A stretch of DNA of 64,000 nucleotides from Emiliania huxleyi CCMP1516. Taxonomy: Eukaryota. Below the pieces are notes generated by a model that saw only the letters and a program-made list of their open reading frames with translations, made no database searches and was not told the origin of the DNA. Where the stretch lies: positions 186,001-250,000 of the forward strand of contig NW_005201202.1 in NCBI RefSeq assembly GCF_000372725.1. Direction: 5' to 3'. Positions 22,095 to 33,761 of this stretch are shown here, in pieces. Each line of letters starts with the position of its first letter. Within the stretch, counting starts at the first letter, position 1. A program made the translations under genes and the position numbers.

Positions 22095-22475
22095 CGTACT
22101 ACTTTTAGCTTACTGGGAGAAAAGGGAGAGGGGGGTATGTGGCTCTTACGTACATTCCCGGACGGAGGAGGACTGCTGACGGGGTTTGCGATGAGGGAGC
22201 GTCGAGCGATCCGAACGTGGCATTTGGGTGATCAGATCACTCCGACCGCCGAAACGCAAGAGCACTGCGACGCATCGGGCTCATGCTAGCATCCACCTCG
22301 CGGGCCGATCTTCTTGCCCAGCGAGGCTGCCGCTGCGGGGACACCCGCGGCGGCTCGGTTCGCTCCTCAACGCACAACGCAAACTCGGTCGAGCAGAATT
22401 TCACCACGAAACTCCCTCTCACGACAACACGGGGCACGGGACTGGCGCGCACTGGCACTAACACAGGTACACCGC
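22095..22475 (-). mobile_element. Longest copy of repeat family A, fused to a CRE-like 3' tail
   Basis: About 22165-22450 is the reverse complement of about 36030-36345; 22097-22134 is the reverse complement of the ttttctcccagtaagctaaaagta tail at about 7685-7712. Confidence 0.75.
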
Positions 22476-22559
22476 GAAAGGAAAGAAACACTTGGGGGCA
22501 ACCAAGGTCTGATAAAGAGAAAGATAGCCATATTTAAAGAAACACATGGATTTAAGAGG

Positions 22560-22613
22560 AAAAAGAAAGAAAGAAAACGGACAACCCAAGGGAGGGATGG
22601 GAGGACGGCACGG
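22560..22613 (-). repeat. Repeat family C (GTGCCGTCCTCCCATCCCTCCCTTGGGTTGTCCG plus (TTTC)n tail)
   Basis: Other copies at about 30756-30808, 31951-32003, 51906-51945 and a partial one at 55738-55760. Confidence 0.85.
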
Positions 22614-22744
22614 CTTAAGAGAGACCCTGACCACGCAGAGCTTTTTTCTTTTTCTCAAATTGCCGAGCTTAGGAATCCCTCTACGCGAGACTAGAGTGGG
22701 GTCTCACGCCCTTACTAGAGGCCTGCTCGCCGAGCTCTTGGCTC

Positions 22745-25700
22745 ATGGATCATGACCCAGTCCGCCGCCCATCGCTGAGCATCGCGGACTTTGCCTTCTG
22801 TGGCATGCTCGGGGAGGGTCAGTTCGGCCGCGTCATGATGGCGAGGAACACCCGAACGCAGGACATCGTCGCAGGCAGCTACACACGACTGCCCTCACTG
22901 CCAGGCCGTCCCTTCCCTGTGCTAACTTTCGGTCTTCCCCTTCCCTGTGCAGTCAAAGTGCTGCGCAAGCAGTTCCTCGTCTCCAAGGGCGCCCGCACCA
23001 TCTCTGCCGCCATCTCGGAGAAGCAGGTGCTGCAAGAGATGGCGTCGAAGCGCCACCCGTACATCGTCTCGCTGCTGCACTCCTTCCAGGACGAGGCGCA
23101 CCTTTACCTCATCATGGACTTTGTCGGCGGCGGCGACCTCTTCTCTCTCATCGAGAAGAAGGGCCGCCTGCCCGAGGCGTGGGCCATCACTTACTCCGCG
23201 GAGATCGCGCTGGCGCTGGCGCACGTGCACTCGCACGGGATCGTGTACCGCGACCTCAAGCCGGAGAATGTGATGGTCTGCATCAGCGGCCACCTCAAGA
23301 TGACCGACTTTGGGTTCGCCAAAAAGATGGAGGGAGCCGCGACGCGCGGCAGCTGCGTGGGCACGCCAGAGTACATGGCGCCGGAGCTGCTCAAGGGCGA
23401 GGTGTACGGCGTTGGAGTCGACTGGTCGCGCGCTGCCTGGCGCGAGGTTGCAGCCTCGGGCCATCTTGCGTGATCTCGGCGGCACCTGGCGGGTAGGTGG
23501 ACGCTCGGCTGCCTGCTGTACGAGATGGTCGTCGGCCGAGGGCCGTACTCGAACGACGACCTGCAGCTTCTCGTCAAGGCGATCACGACGGAGGAGCCCG
23601 TCATCCCTTCCGGCGTCTCGCAGCCCTGCCGCGACGTGCTCGGTTGCTTTTTGCAGCGAGACACGCGGAGCCGTTCTCGGAAGCGTGGAACTTTCCCATA
23701 GGTCGTCGGCGGCTTGATGCAGCGAGACACGAGCGCGCGCTGGACCGGCGGCCGGCCGCGAGACGAGCTTTGCCGGCAGGTTGATTCGGAATGACTCCTT
23801 CTCAATCATTGCGACTTAGGCGATCGGCTGCGGGGCGAGCCTTTCTACCGCGAGCTCGATTGGGAGGCCCTCTACCGCATGGAGGCGCCTCCGCCCACCC
23901 TGTCCTTGTCCCTGACCCTGACCCAACCCCAACCTATGGAGGCTCTATACTCTGTCGCATGGAGGCTCTATACTCTGTCGCATGGAGGCTCGATACTCTG
24001 TCGCATGGAGGCTCGATACTCTGTCGCATGGAGGCTCGATACTCTGTCGCATGGAGGCTCGCCCCCACACTCCGGTCCAGGAGGGGAGCCTCCCGGAGCC
24101 TGCTCGGAACCTTCCTAGGTGCCTCCGCCCTACACGCCGGTCCAGGACGAGGCCGCCGCCTCCCGATTTGCGGTCGAGCTCTGCTCCACACAACAGTTGA
24201 CCGACGCGATTACTTCGTAGGCCGCGCCTCTCGACTTGCGGTCGAGCGACTCGGCGGGCGCGGCGCGGCTACAGGCGGAGTTTGGCGGCGTCTGGTCGTC
24301 GGGCGAGGGGGGCGCGGGGGGCGTGGGAGGCGGCCAGGCAGCGAGCAGCAGCGGCGGCAGCAGCAGCTTCGGCAGCAGCGGCGGCAGCAGCGGCGGCAGC
24401 AGCGGCGGCAGCAGCGGCGGCAGCAGCGGCTGCTCCGGTGCCGTCAGTTCGAACCCGATGGTTGCCGAGCAGAGCGCGAATTTGGCGCTCTCGCTCGAGC
24501 TGACAGCGGAGGGGGACATCTGGCGGTGCTCCAACCCGCTCGCCCTCCTCCTCGGCACACCGCGAGGCCAGCGCCACCTCCTCTTTGGACTCCGTTTGCT
24601 GCAGCCGACGCGCGACACTCCGCCCTTTGTCGACCCGGAGACACTTGCCCCCTTCGCCGCCGCTTTCGAGGCGATGCTGCGACGGCTGCGGCACGAGTCG
24701 TCTCGCGCGGGCGCAGAGAGTCAGACTCCGACCGAGGGGCTGCTGCGCGTGCATGTGGGCCGCGACGAGCCGCTCCACTTGCGGTACTCGTTCGAAGAGA
24801 CGACCCGGCTGACGGACCACTCGGTGGCGCTGCAGCCGATGCACGAGGGGCACGCGGCGGTGACGGTGCTCTTTACGGACGTGAGCGCGGGCGAGGCGGC
24901 CAAGGAGTTGGTGCGGAGGAGGTACGAGCTGAGCTACAACTTGCATGGCGAGCAGCGGATGCGCGGCGACGACGCGCAGGTTGCGGCGCTCGTTGGCTCG
25001 TTGTCCGTGTGGTGACATGTCGGTGAGGGAGGTGGTGGAGCGCCATGATCAGGTCGCGGCACTCTTCGGCGACGACTTCTCTTTCAACCGCGCCGGAACG
25101 CAGGCGCCGCTGCACGAGGGCAGCGCGAGCAGGTCCGGCCTCGCAAACCACCTCGAGACTGAGAGTGCACTCTGAGTCACGAGTCATTGATTGCTCAGGT
25201 CCGGCCTCGCAAACTACCTCGACCGGCGCGCGCTCTTCGTTCGAGCTTTCCCCGACATCCACTTTCAGATCCTCGAGCTCTCGGCGATGGGCGAGCGAGT
25301 CGTCACCTCCTTCCACTGGACCGGACCGCACACCCCGGACCGTGCCTCGCCCGGCCATTCGTTGAGCACTCACTCATGAATGGTCAGTACTAGGCACTCA
25401 CACCGGCCCGTACCATGCCGAGATCGACGGCGAGTTCCGCGACATCTCCCCGACCGGCGCGCGGGTCTTCGTCTACGGCATCGCCAGCGACACCATCCGC
25501 GGCACCAAGATCGTCGACCACGCCGCCTACTACGACGCGGCGGCCATCGTGCGCCAGCTGCTGCCGAAGGGGTCCAAGGGTGAGGGTGCGCCACCGAGCC
25601 CCGCCAAGCGGCCGTCGACGGACTCGGACTTTGCCGAGGCGCGCGGGATTCCGACGAGCGACCAGGCCGACGAGACGGAGCGGGCGGCGAGGGAGCAGAT

Positions 25701-27182
25701 GCAGCGTTTCTTCGCCGACAAGGCGCCGCAGCTCGAGATGAACCGAGATTGGCCACCGAGATTGGCCGAGACTACCCGAGATCAGTAGATGCAGCGATGC
25801 TTCGCCGATTGTGGCGCCGCAGCCCCCTCTCTGATTAATCGATACCCAATGACTGATCAGGTGCCGCAGCTCCTCGCGACGGCGAGCGACGTCGGCATCG
25901 CAATCTGCGGCAGCGGCGGAGAGGGCGAGGCGGCAGGCGAGGGCGGAGCTCTGCCGATCGCAGTCGGATGTGTGTCTTGCGCGCGGGTGCTCGGGGGCTG
26001 CAGTCGGCGGAGCAGTGCCTCGGCGTCTGTCTAGCCAGTTGAGCAATACTCCACTAGGCGCTGGGGCTGCAGTCGGCGGAAGAGTGCCTCGGCGTCTCCC
26101 TCGTGTCGCATTTGGGCGCCAGCGCTGCCGCGGACGTGCAGCCCGACGTGGCAGAGTGCCTCGCCGCGCTGGCCGGGGCCGCTAAGGCGGCACGTCCGGC
26201 ACAGCTCCTGATCTTCGCGCGGCACCCGCTCGCAAGTGGGCTGACTGACGATCCTTGTGTTGGCTCAGGCGCAGCACTTGATCGCAACGCGGCGGGCGAG
26301 CGGAAGCACCGCTCTCTTACTGGCCAGCACAGCGCCGTTCGAGGTTGATGGGATGCGCCTGACCGCCGTGCTGCTCGTCGACGTGACTGCCGACCCGAGC
26401 TCGCCTCACGCCATCTCGGAGGCGGCTGCCGCGGTCTCGCACCCGTACTGCATGCGTGGTGCGCTGCTCCACGCCCCTCCCCGCCTCTTCACACTTCCGA
26501 ATGATTCAGACCGCGCTCTCTCTCTCTCCAGGTGCGCTGCTCAACGGCCTCTCCTCGCGACCGGGCTCCGCCTACTCCCCTCTCCTCTACTCATTTCGCC
26601 AATCGACTGATTAGGCCTCTCGCGATCAGGCTCCGCCTCGGCCTTCTGCGCGCGCCTGCTGACCGCGGCGGTGCAGTGTTGGCGCGACGTGGGCTTCAGC
26701 CTCGCCGACAACGCCACGCCCAATAAGGCGATGGTGTGGGTGTCGGACGGCTTCGTCGCGATGACGGGGTGCTCACGCTCGCCGGTTGTAAACTGATCAC
26801 CGGTGGGTCATGATTGAATGTTGAGTGTGTTAGGTACCGGCGCTCGCAGATCGTCGGCCGGAGCTGCAAGCGGCTGCAGTGCGAGGCGACGGACCCGCAC
26901 TCCATCCTCCGCCTCGGCGAGGCCATACGCGCGGGCCGGGGGGAGCGGGTGACGCTCTGGAACGCCACCGCGAGCGGCGGAGGTTTTTGGAATTGCGTAT
27001 CGGTGCATCCGAGCCGGAACGGGCGGTACTTTGTCGCGGCGCAGGTTCGCGTCGGCGCGGCCCTCAACCGACGGATGGCGGAGCTTTTGCGCTCGATCGA
27101 CCGGAGCCGCCTTCTTGCCTCGGGCAAGAGAGGTTTGACGCTTGGTTCTAACTTGGGGAACTGCATGGGCCGCCTTCCATGA
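22745..27182 (+). CDS. Multi-exon AGC Ser/Thr kinase - PAS-like - SnoaL-like - PAS - LOV protein (candidate blue-light receptor kinase)
   Basis: Kinase: LGEGQFG, AVK, YRDLKPEN, DFG, GTPEYMAPE, DWWTLG, AGC tail LDWEALYRMEVPPPYTP. SnoaL: KELVRRRYE, AFPDIHFQI, WTGTHTGP, PTGARV, KIVDH..YYD. LOV: FSLAD...VWVSDGFVAMTGYRRSQIVGRSCKRLQ..TD..LWN..FWN..YFVAAQ. TGA at 27180-27182. Confidence 0.8.
23935..24061. repeat. Intronic 23-bp tandem repeat
   Basis: (atggaggctc(t/g)atactctgtcgc) about 5 times; resembles the preceding exon end cgcatggaggc. Confidence 0.9.
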
Positions 27183-27740
27183 CATGAGCGTTACTACGGC
27201 CCTTTAGAGCCTAGCGTATGGGCCCCGCTCCCGGATGGCGATATTGTACGTTGCATGACACGAGTGTAGAGCCGTGTAGCATGGGGAAGCAAAGCGGGGT
27301 GGAACTGGTGATAGCTGATAGCGTAAAGTGAAGCGTTCGTATCTCGCAGCTCGCGTGTTGTCTTTTTTCGTGTGACTGTGTGTTCTCTCTCTTTTACCTC
27401 TCGTGTCTCGACGAGAAAGGAGAATACACGCGACGCGATCGACTGGGAGGTGGGACTCCAACAAGTATGTTGGCGAACTATATACATTGCCGGAGCGCCA
27501 AGCTCCAAAACATCACACCAAGACGTGCAGGGCGGGGACACATGTCCCTAAATCCCATCTCGTCTCAGAGTTTGAGGTTTGACCGTTTATTTATTTATTT
27601 ATTTATCCACTTTTTTGGAGGGATCGCCCCGGGCCGGCACGCGGCGGGTCTCACACACAATCGGGTGTCTCTCGGGCGCCGGCGTCTCTCCGTCGTGCCG
27701 CCCTAGGACGAGAGGACGCAGCGTCGAGTCAGCGCCAGTT

Positions 27741-30133
27741 TTAGACGTAGGCTTGGTTGTCGCACACGCCGCCGGAAAAGGAGCGGAACTTGTACATGTG
27801 GATCCAGTAGTTGACGCCTACGCGCCATGGCTCCGGGAGGCGTCCGGGGAGGGTCTGTCGGGACGCGTGCCTGTGCGATCGGCGCAGTGGACGCCGAACT
27901 TGACGCCGGACGTCACTGGCAGCGACTCGTGGTCCGTGCGGTCGTCGCGCTGGTACGGGTCCGAGTCGAGCACCTGCGGGAAGGTTCCGAGAAGGTTCGG
28001 CTCGGGAAGGCCCATGTGCGCGGTGGGTCGGAGTCGAAGTCCGAGGCCAAGACGCAGGCGGCCCCCTCCTTGGGAGTCTCGGAAGTGTCTCGGAAGTGTC
28101 TCGGAAGTGTCTAGAAAGTGACCGAGGTCCAGACGCAGGCGGCCCCCTTCTTGGCCGGGATGGTGATGTTAAGCCTAGGGTGAATTGCCCGCCGTAAGGG
28201 CTCCTCCTCCGCCCTTGGCGGGGATGGCGACGCCGAGCCTCGGGAAGTGGGTCTCTCCGCCCGTGTAGCTGTTGTGGTCGCCGATGTACATGAAGACGGT
28301 GAACATGCGAGGCCCCCAGGCAGAGGAGCGCGGAGAGTTTTGGTCGTGGTGCACCCTGTAGTACTGGCCCGTCTCGTAGCGCAGCACCTGCCCTCGGGAA
28401 GAGGAGATGTAGTCGCCGAGATGAGCCGAGATGTTGCCGAGATGTAGCCGAGATCGAGCCGAGGTTGCCCGTCAGCACCTGCATCGGCTCCGCGTTGTCC
28501 ATCGGTATCCCGCCGAGCAACGACGACACGCGCTTCTCGATCGCTTGCACGGTTGGGTTTCGGAGGCAAGAGCCCTTGCACCTAGCAGGAGCCGACTCGT
28601 TGACGGGTCCGCAAACTCGAGGGTGAGTCGAGCCAGGAGCACTCGCACCACGCGGTGGAAGAGGTGCGGGCCGACTGCACGCCGTCCCCCGCCTGAGAGC
28701 GCTCGAAGCCGGAGCCTGCTAGAGCCCCGGCCTTGAGGATCTCGTCGGCCTGCAGGCGAGGGTTGGCCATCGTGAGGACTCTCTCTCTGACGGGCGTGAG
28801 GGCTGCGGCAGCCTCGTCGGAGGTCATGAAATCCTCGATGAGGAGCACCTGTTCACGGCGCGAGGCGTGAAGAGACGCCGCTCACAGCCGGGGCTTGCCA
28901 ACGCCTCGCTGAGGAGAACCCACGGCTCGCGAGATAGCATCGTCGTGCCGGGCTGCTCCGCCGCGATCCTCCCGAAGATGCGATCGACTGAGCCCGGCAC
29001 CGCAGCGGGCTCGGCGTTGACCCCGCGCGCGCACTGCGGCCGATCGAACCGATGCTCCTAGCGATGCATCAGCAGCGGGGTCCACTGGCGGAGCCGCGCG
29101 CACTGAGAGGCGGGTCGAGCCGGCCCTCCTTGCACGCGCCGCACGTCCACGCGCAATGCTCCACCAGCTCGGGCATGGAGTAGCAGTTGACCTAGCGGTG
29201 CAAGCCCTCGCTGACTGGTTGACTCGTGCTCCGCCAGCGCGAGGAGGGGAGCAGCAGCGGGGAGCGGCAGCGAGGAGGGGGGCGGCAGCGAGGAGGGGAG
29301 CGGCAGCGGGGAGGAGAGCGGCAGCGGGGAGGGGAGCAGCAGCGGACCGACTCGCTGTAGTTGGACTCGGGTCCGCCGCGGCACCGCTCCGTGCAGTCCG
29401 CCCACTCGTCGCGGCACGTCGCCGACTGGCACATCTTGCATGTGACTGGGCACTGTGTCAGCATGTACCTGAGAAGAGAGTAAAGGATCAGAATCATAGT
29501 GGCACATCTTGCACTTGTTCGGGCATGAGTATGGTACCCAGGGTTGGACTGGCACTCGCCGATGGCAGCCCACGTGGCGCACATCCTGTTGACGTCCTCG
29601 CACGCCTCCGCCTTCCGAGGCTTTGGCTTGCCTAGGGCCAGGGCCAGGGCCAGGGTCAGGGTCTGCTCAGGGTTTGCCTGCTCTTGCTTCGGGCTGCCTC
29701 CGTCGCAGACGTGGCACGACGCGCGGCAGCGCTTCTGCATGTACTGCTCGTTCTTGAAGCACTCACCGCTCTTCGCCCACGTCTCGCAGTTCGAGTCCTC
29801 GTCCACGCACCCGGGATCACCGCCCCTGACCGCGCCTCGCCGCGCCGCCTCAGGCACCTCGATGCCGTCGCGGTCGAGCGCCGCAATCACCGCCTCGTGC
29901 GCAGACTTTCCGCGTGCGCCCGCGGAGCCGTCGCCCTGGCCGGCGACCGCGCCCTCTCTCCGCTCCGGCGGAGGCTGCAGCGGGTTTGAGAGCCAGCCCG
30001 GCAGAATCGTTGCCGCGAGCGCGCTCGAGACTGCCGCCGCGACCGCGATGGTGGTAAAGTGCTTGTCGGCCTTGCGCTTCGCCGACGGCGGCTTGTGCTG
30101 CTGCGCCTTGCTGCCGCCCTTGGATTTGCCCAT
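27741..30133 (-). CDS. Prolyl 4-hydroxylase with N-terminal TM segment and ShKT domains, multi-exon
   Basis: ShKT: CVDEDSNCETWAKSGECFKNEQYMQKRCRASCHVC and CEDVNRMCATWAAIGECQSNPGYMLTQCPVTCKMC. P4H: RTSSTAW, EPMQVLRYETGQYYRVHHD, GGETHFP, HESLPVTSGVK. Confidence 0.92.
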
Positions 30134-30986
30134 GCGGAGCACACTCCGCTCGACTTCCCTACAGCGGCAAACTAGCCTGCGTAATTTTTTTCTTTCTCTT
30201 GTCCCCTTTTTTCGTGTCGAAACGGGTAGTTTCTACGGAAGTGGGCGCAATAAGTCGCTTCATGTCCGTGTGTGTGCTCCCGAGGAGTGTGGACAGGCGT
30301 TGCAGGACGCGCCGCGCCGCCGCGGGGCTCACGTGCGGACCGCCGTGAAGCGGGTTGTTTGACTAATGTCGCACATGTTGGGAGACTGATGGGTCAAAAG
30401 CATAGATCGTCAATCGACGCGTCGCGCCTTTGCCGATCCGCATAGTGAGGTTCTTGGGTGGCGCGCCCCAGCTCTTCCCAGCTCTTCACAACGAAACCTT
30501 GTTCTTTCACGCGAGCCTATCCGCCCGCCGCAGACGAAACCTTGTTCTTTCACGCGCTGGCCTATCCGCCCGCCCCCGATGTCCGCCGCGAAGCGGCCGC
30601 GCCGCGCCGCAACCGTTCCACTCCATTTTCAGGACCAGGCGGTGCCCGACACCACCGCCAATGCAGCCAGCAGTGGAAGCGCGGAACACCGGCATCAAGG
30701 CGACGTGCCGGTTCTGCAACCTCCGCAACTTGGTGGTCAGCTCCGTGAGCGGAGCGTGCCGTCCTCCCATCCCTCCCTTGGGTTGTCCGTTTTCTTTCTT
30801 TTTTTCTTTGGCGCATCCCTCCCTTGGGTAGTCCTATCGTTTATTTCTTTTTTTGGCGCGCACTGGCACTACCGGCTAACCGGCAACACAGGAAAGAGGA
30901 AAACCGAGGCGGCAAAAATCTTTCTTGAAGGGTCCTCATTCTCTCGAGAGCTTTCTACTTTTCATTCGTCCCCTCCGGGCTGAGGC

Positions 30987-31733
30987 TCAGCGTCCCCCAA
31001 CCGCGTCCAAGCCTCGGCCTACGCACAGTTCCGCGAGGTTATGCCGGGGTGTGCTGAGTTTAGCGTCCGGGACCGTGCCCTCTGGGGGCGGGGCGGCCTC
31101 AAGCTGCGCGATGCCTCCAAACTCGCCGATGGTGAGGAGCGACTCGGCGGTGGCGTCGCCCTCCGCCTGGGACGCCTGCGCCCCGTCCACCTTGGCCACC
31201 CCGCCGACCCGCTGCACCATCCCGTTGACCAGCCGGTCCTGCGGGTCGTCCTCCGTCGCGGGCCGAAGCTCGGCGCTCATGTAGAGCGTCCGGTCGAAGA
31301 GGCCTGGGCACGAGAAGCGGCCATCTGGGCGGAACCGTGCTCACGGTTAGGGCGGGCGGGCCGCACCCTTCGGCTTCTCGATCACGACAAACGCCTCGCG
31401 CGCTTGCCAGGACCCGCGCTCCTCCGAGTCGGAGAAGCGGCAGCCGCCGCCGTCGAGGAGCTCGACCGAAAACATCGTCCCGCCGCCCTCCGCCATTTTG
31501 AGCAGCAGCGACCACGTCGTGCCCTCAAAGGCCTGGGCGCCCCGCGTCGGCCGCCGCTGCTCCTCCAGAAAGGCGCGCCGCGATGCCGAGGCATCTGCGC
31601 AGCAGCGAGGCGCCGCTGCGCGCAAGACGGCAGGCGAGCCGTCGGCCGGCACGGCTCGCCTCAGCGGCAACAGCGTCGAGGACACGTGCAGCAGTACGGC
31701 GGCCATGGCCGGGAGCAGTAGGGCTGCGGCCAT
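30987..31733 (-). CDS. Uncharacterised protein with signal/transit-peptide-like N-terminus (two exons)
   Basis: MAAALLLPAMAAVLLHVSS...FEGTTWSLLLKM...VIEKPK, then an intron, then GLFDRTLYMSAEL...*. Confidence 0.6.
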
Positions 31734-32820
31734 CGAGACGTTCGGCCTGTGTGGAATATGGCGTTATCCGGTCTCTAACGCACCGACCCGCTCGTAGGCA
31801 CCGTGCACGCTACCCGGCCGACAGGCACGCGCAGAAGAATCAGCCAGGCACGAGAGACTGCGAAGAGAGATAGGAAGAGGCAGACTCCCTAGGGTGGGCG
31901 ACGGCTAGCGCACCACACACCTCTCCTTAAAATCCCTGTGTGGTGGCGGCGTGCCGTCCTCCCATCCCTCCCTTGGGTTGTCCGTTTTCTTTATTTCTTT
32001 TTTCAGTGTATGTGGCTCTTACGTACATTCCCGTAGTATTTTTGCTTGGGCGGGCCTGATGCTGAAATTCTGCAAAAACCTGGCCGGCCCCTGCGGTGCC
32101 CCTACCTACCTACCTACCTACCTATCTTACTTATGGTAAACTAAAAAAGAAATCACTCGATCGGTGAAGGTGGGGTACTATACCAACTAGAGTGATGGTT
32201 GGTGGTACTCTCCTGCAACCACAATCCTTCTTGTGACATGGCAGGCCACTCTCAAGCCCTAAAAGCATCAGATCACCCATTTGGGGAGGGTTGACATCGT
32301 GATTTCCGCGGAAAATTTCTGTTTTTGAAATTCCAGCTTGAAGAGAGGGAAACCCCGACGGGAGGGCCCAGACCTACCCTACCTACCCCGGCATCAGGCC
32401 CGCCCATGCAAAAATAAACTACACCTGCCTGCGACGGGATTTGCCTTCCAAGATCCTGCTCGTGCAGGTGGGGGCCCTGTCCTTCTCCCACCCCTCGTTT
32501 TGGCGTGCCCGTTTTATTTATTTATGACGGGGTTTGCGATGAGGACTGGCGCGTACGGAAGAATTTTACGACGAACTCCCACAACACTAGGCAGGAGGTG
32601 GTTTGGCGCCGACGGACCGCGCGACCGCCCTCTCCACCACCCTCGCCCAGGGATCTACAACGCTGTCTTAAGGTCCGACCTGTGGGCTCCGGCCTGCGCT
32701 CGGCACCGGGCACCGCCTCGGTGTACAAAATGCGCCTGCGGGCGGACCCTCACAGATCACAGATCACAACGCTAGGCACGGGATCCATCCCTCCCCGTTG
32801 AGTCTGTTTTCTTTGATTCT

Positions 32821-33053
32821 TTGAGCACTTGAGCACTGGATAGGGTCGATTCCGCATGGTACGGGACCCCTCGATCGCCTCGCCCTCCCTCGCTGGTGTG
32901 CTCATGGGGGGGGTCATAACTTTCTTTCTTTACTAGGCGGGAGTGGCGCGCACTGGAGAAGTCAGAAGAAACACCAGCGAGGGAGGGCGAGACGATCGAG
33001 GGGCTGTACCACGGTCCACGCGGAATCGACCCTATCCAGTGCTCAAGTGCTCA
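32821..33053. repeat. Fold-back of repeat family D (direct copy at about 35083-35175)
   Basis: 35-bp perfect arms ttgagcacttgagcactggatagggtcgattccgc / gcggaatcgaccctatccagtgctcaagtgctcaa, extending imperfectly to about 75 bp. Confidence 0.85.
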
Positions 33054-33374
33054 ACGGAAGAAACCACCGTGGACTGCACTCCAAGTGCTCCAAGACCAAG
33101 TGCACCGTGACCTCACACGGCGTGCCGTCCACCCATTTAGTTAGTTATAAACCCGACCCACTGTGATTGGGCGGGAGCTCTCTATCTCTGCCGTGAAAGA
33201 GAGCGATGGGTCGTCCAGAGTATCGACCTCTGGCTTGTCGGCCAGCCCCACCCACTCTGCGGGCGCCATGAAGTATTCTCTTGACGCGCGAATGTCATGG
33301 GTCCATGTAGACGCTTCCGCATCCTCCGTCCGCATCGATCGCCCTCCCTACCTACGACTGTACATCAATCAATC

Positions 33375-33494
<120 letters not shown>

Positions 33495-33582
33495 CCCCTC
33501 CCCCCCCCCAACAACATACCTTCAAACACTCCCCCCCTGCCCCCCCCCCCCCGCAAGAGCGAAACGAAACGTCTGCAATGAA

Positions 33583-33761
33583 CGTGTACGTACTTTTAGC
33601 TCTCTAACGTGTACGTACGTACTTTTAGCTTACTGGGAGAAAAGAGAGAGGGGGTTGTGTTCTCTAGGCCCCTAAGGGCCCTACGCGCGGCGTGAGAGCT
33701 CGGAAGCGAGCTTTGCACGGCGATCGAGGATGGCACGGTTCACCCCCTTCACCGAAGCGAT
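33583..33761 (-). mobile_element. 3' end of CRE-like retrotransposon (same family as 7154-7712)
   Basis: Reverse complement of about 7493-7714, including a duplicated gctaaaagtacgtac tail. Confidence 0.8.

Noticed and set aside
22140..22280. Hammerhead ribozyme or tRNA-derived head in repeat family A
   Set aside because: A GAAAC is present, but I found no CUGANGA core with supporting stems and no convincing pol III A/B boxes.
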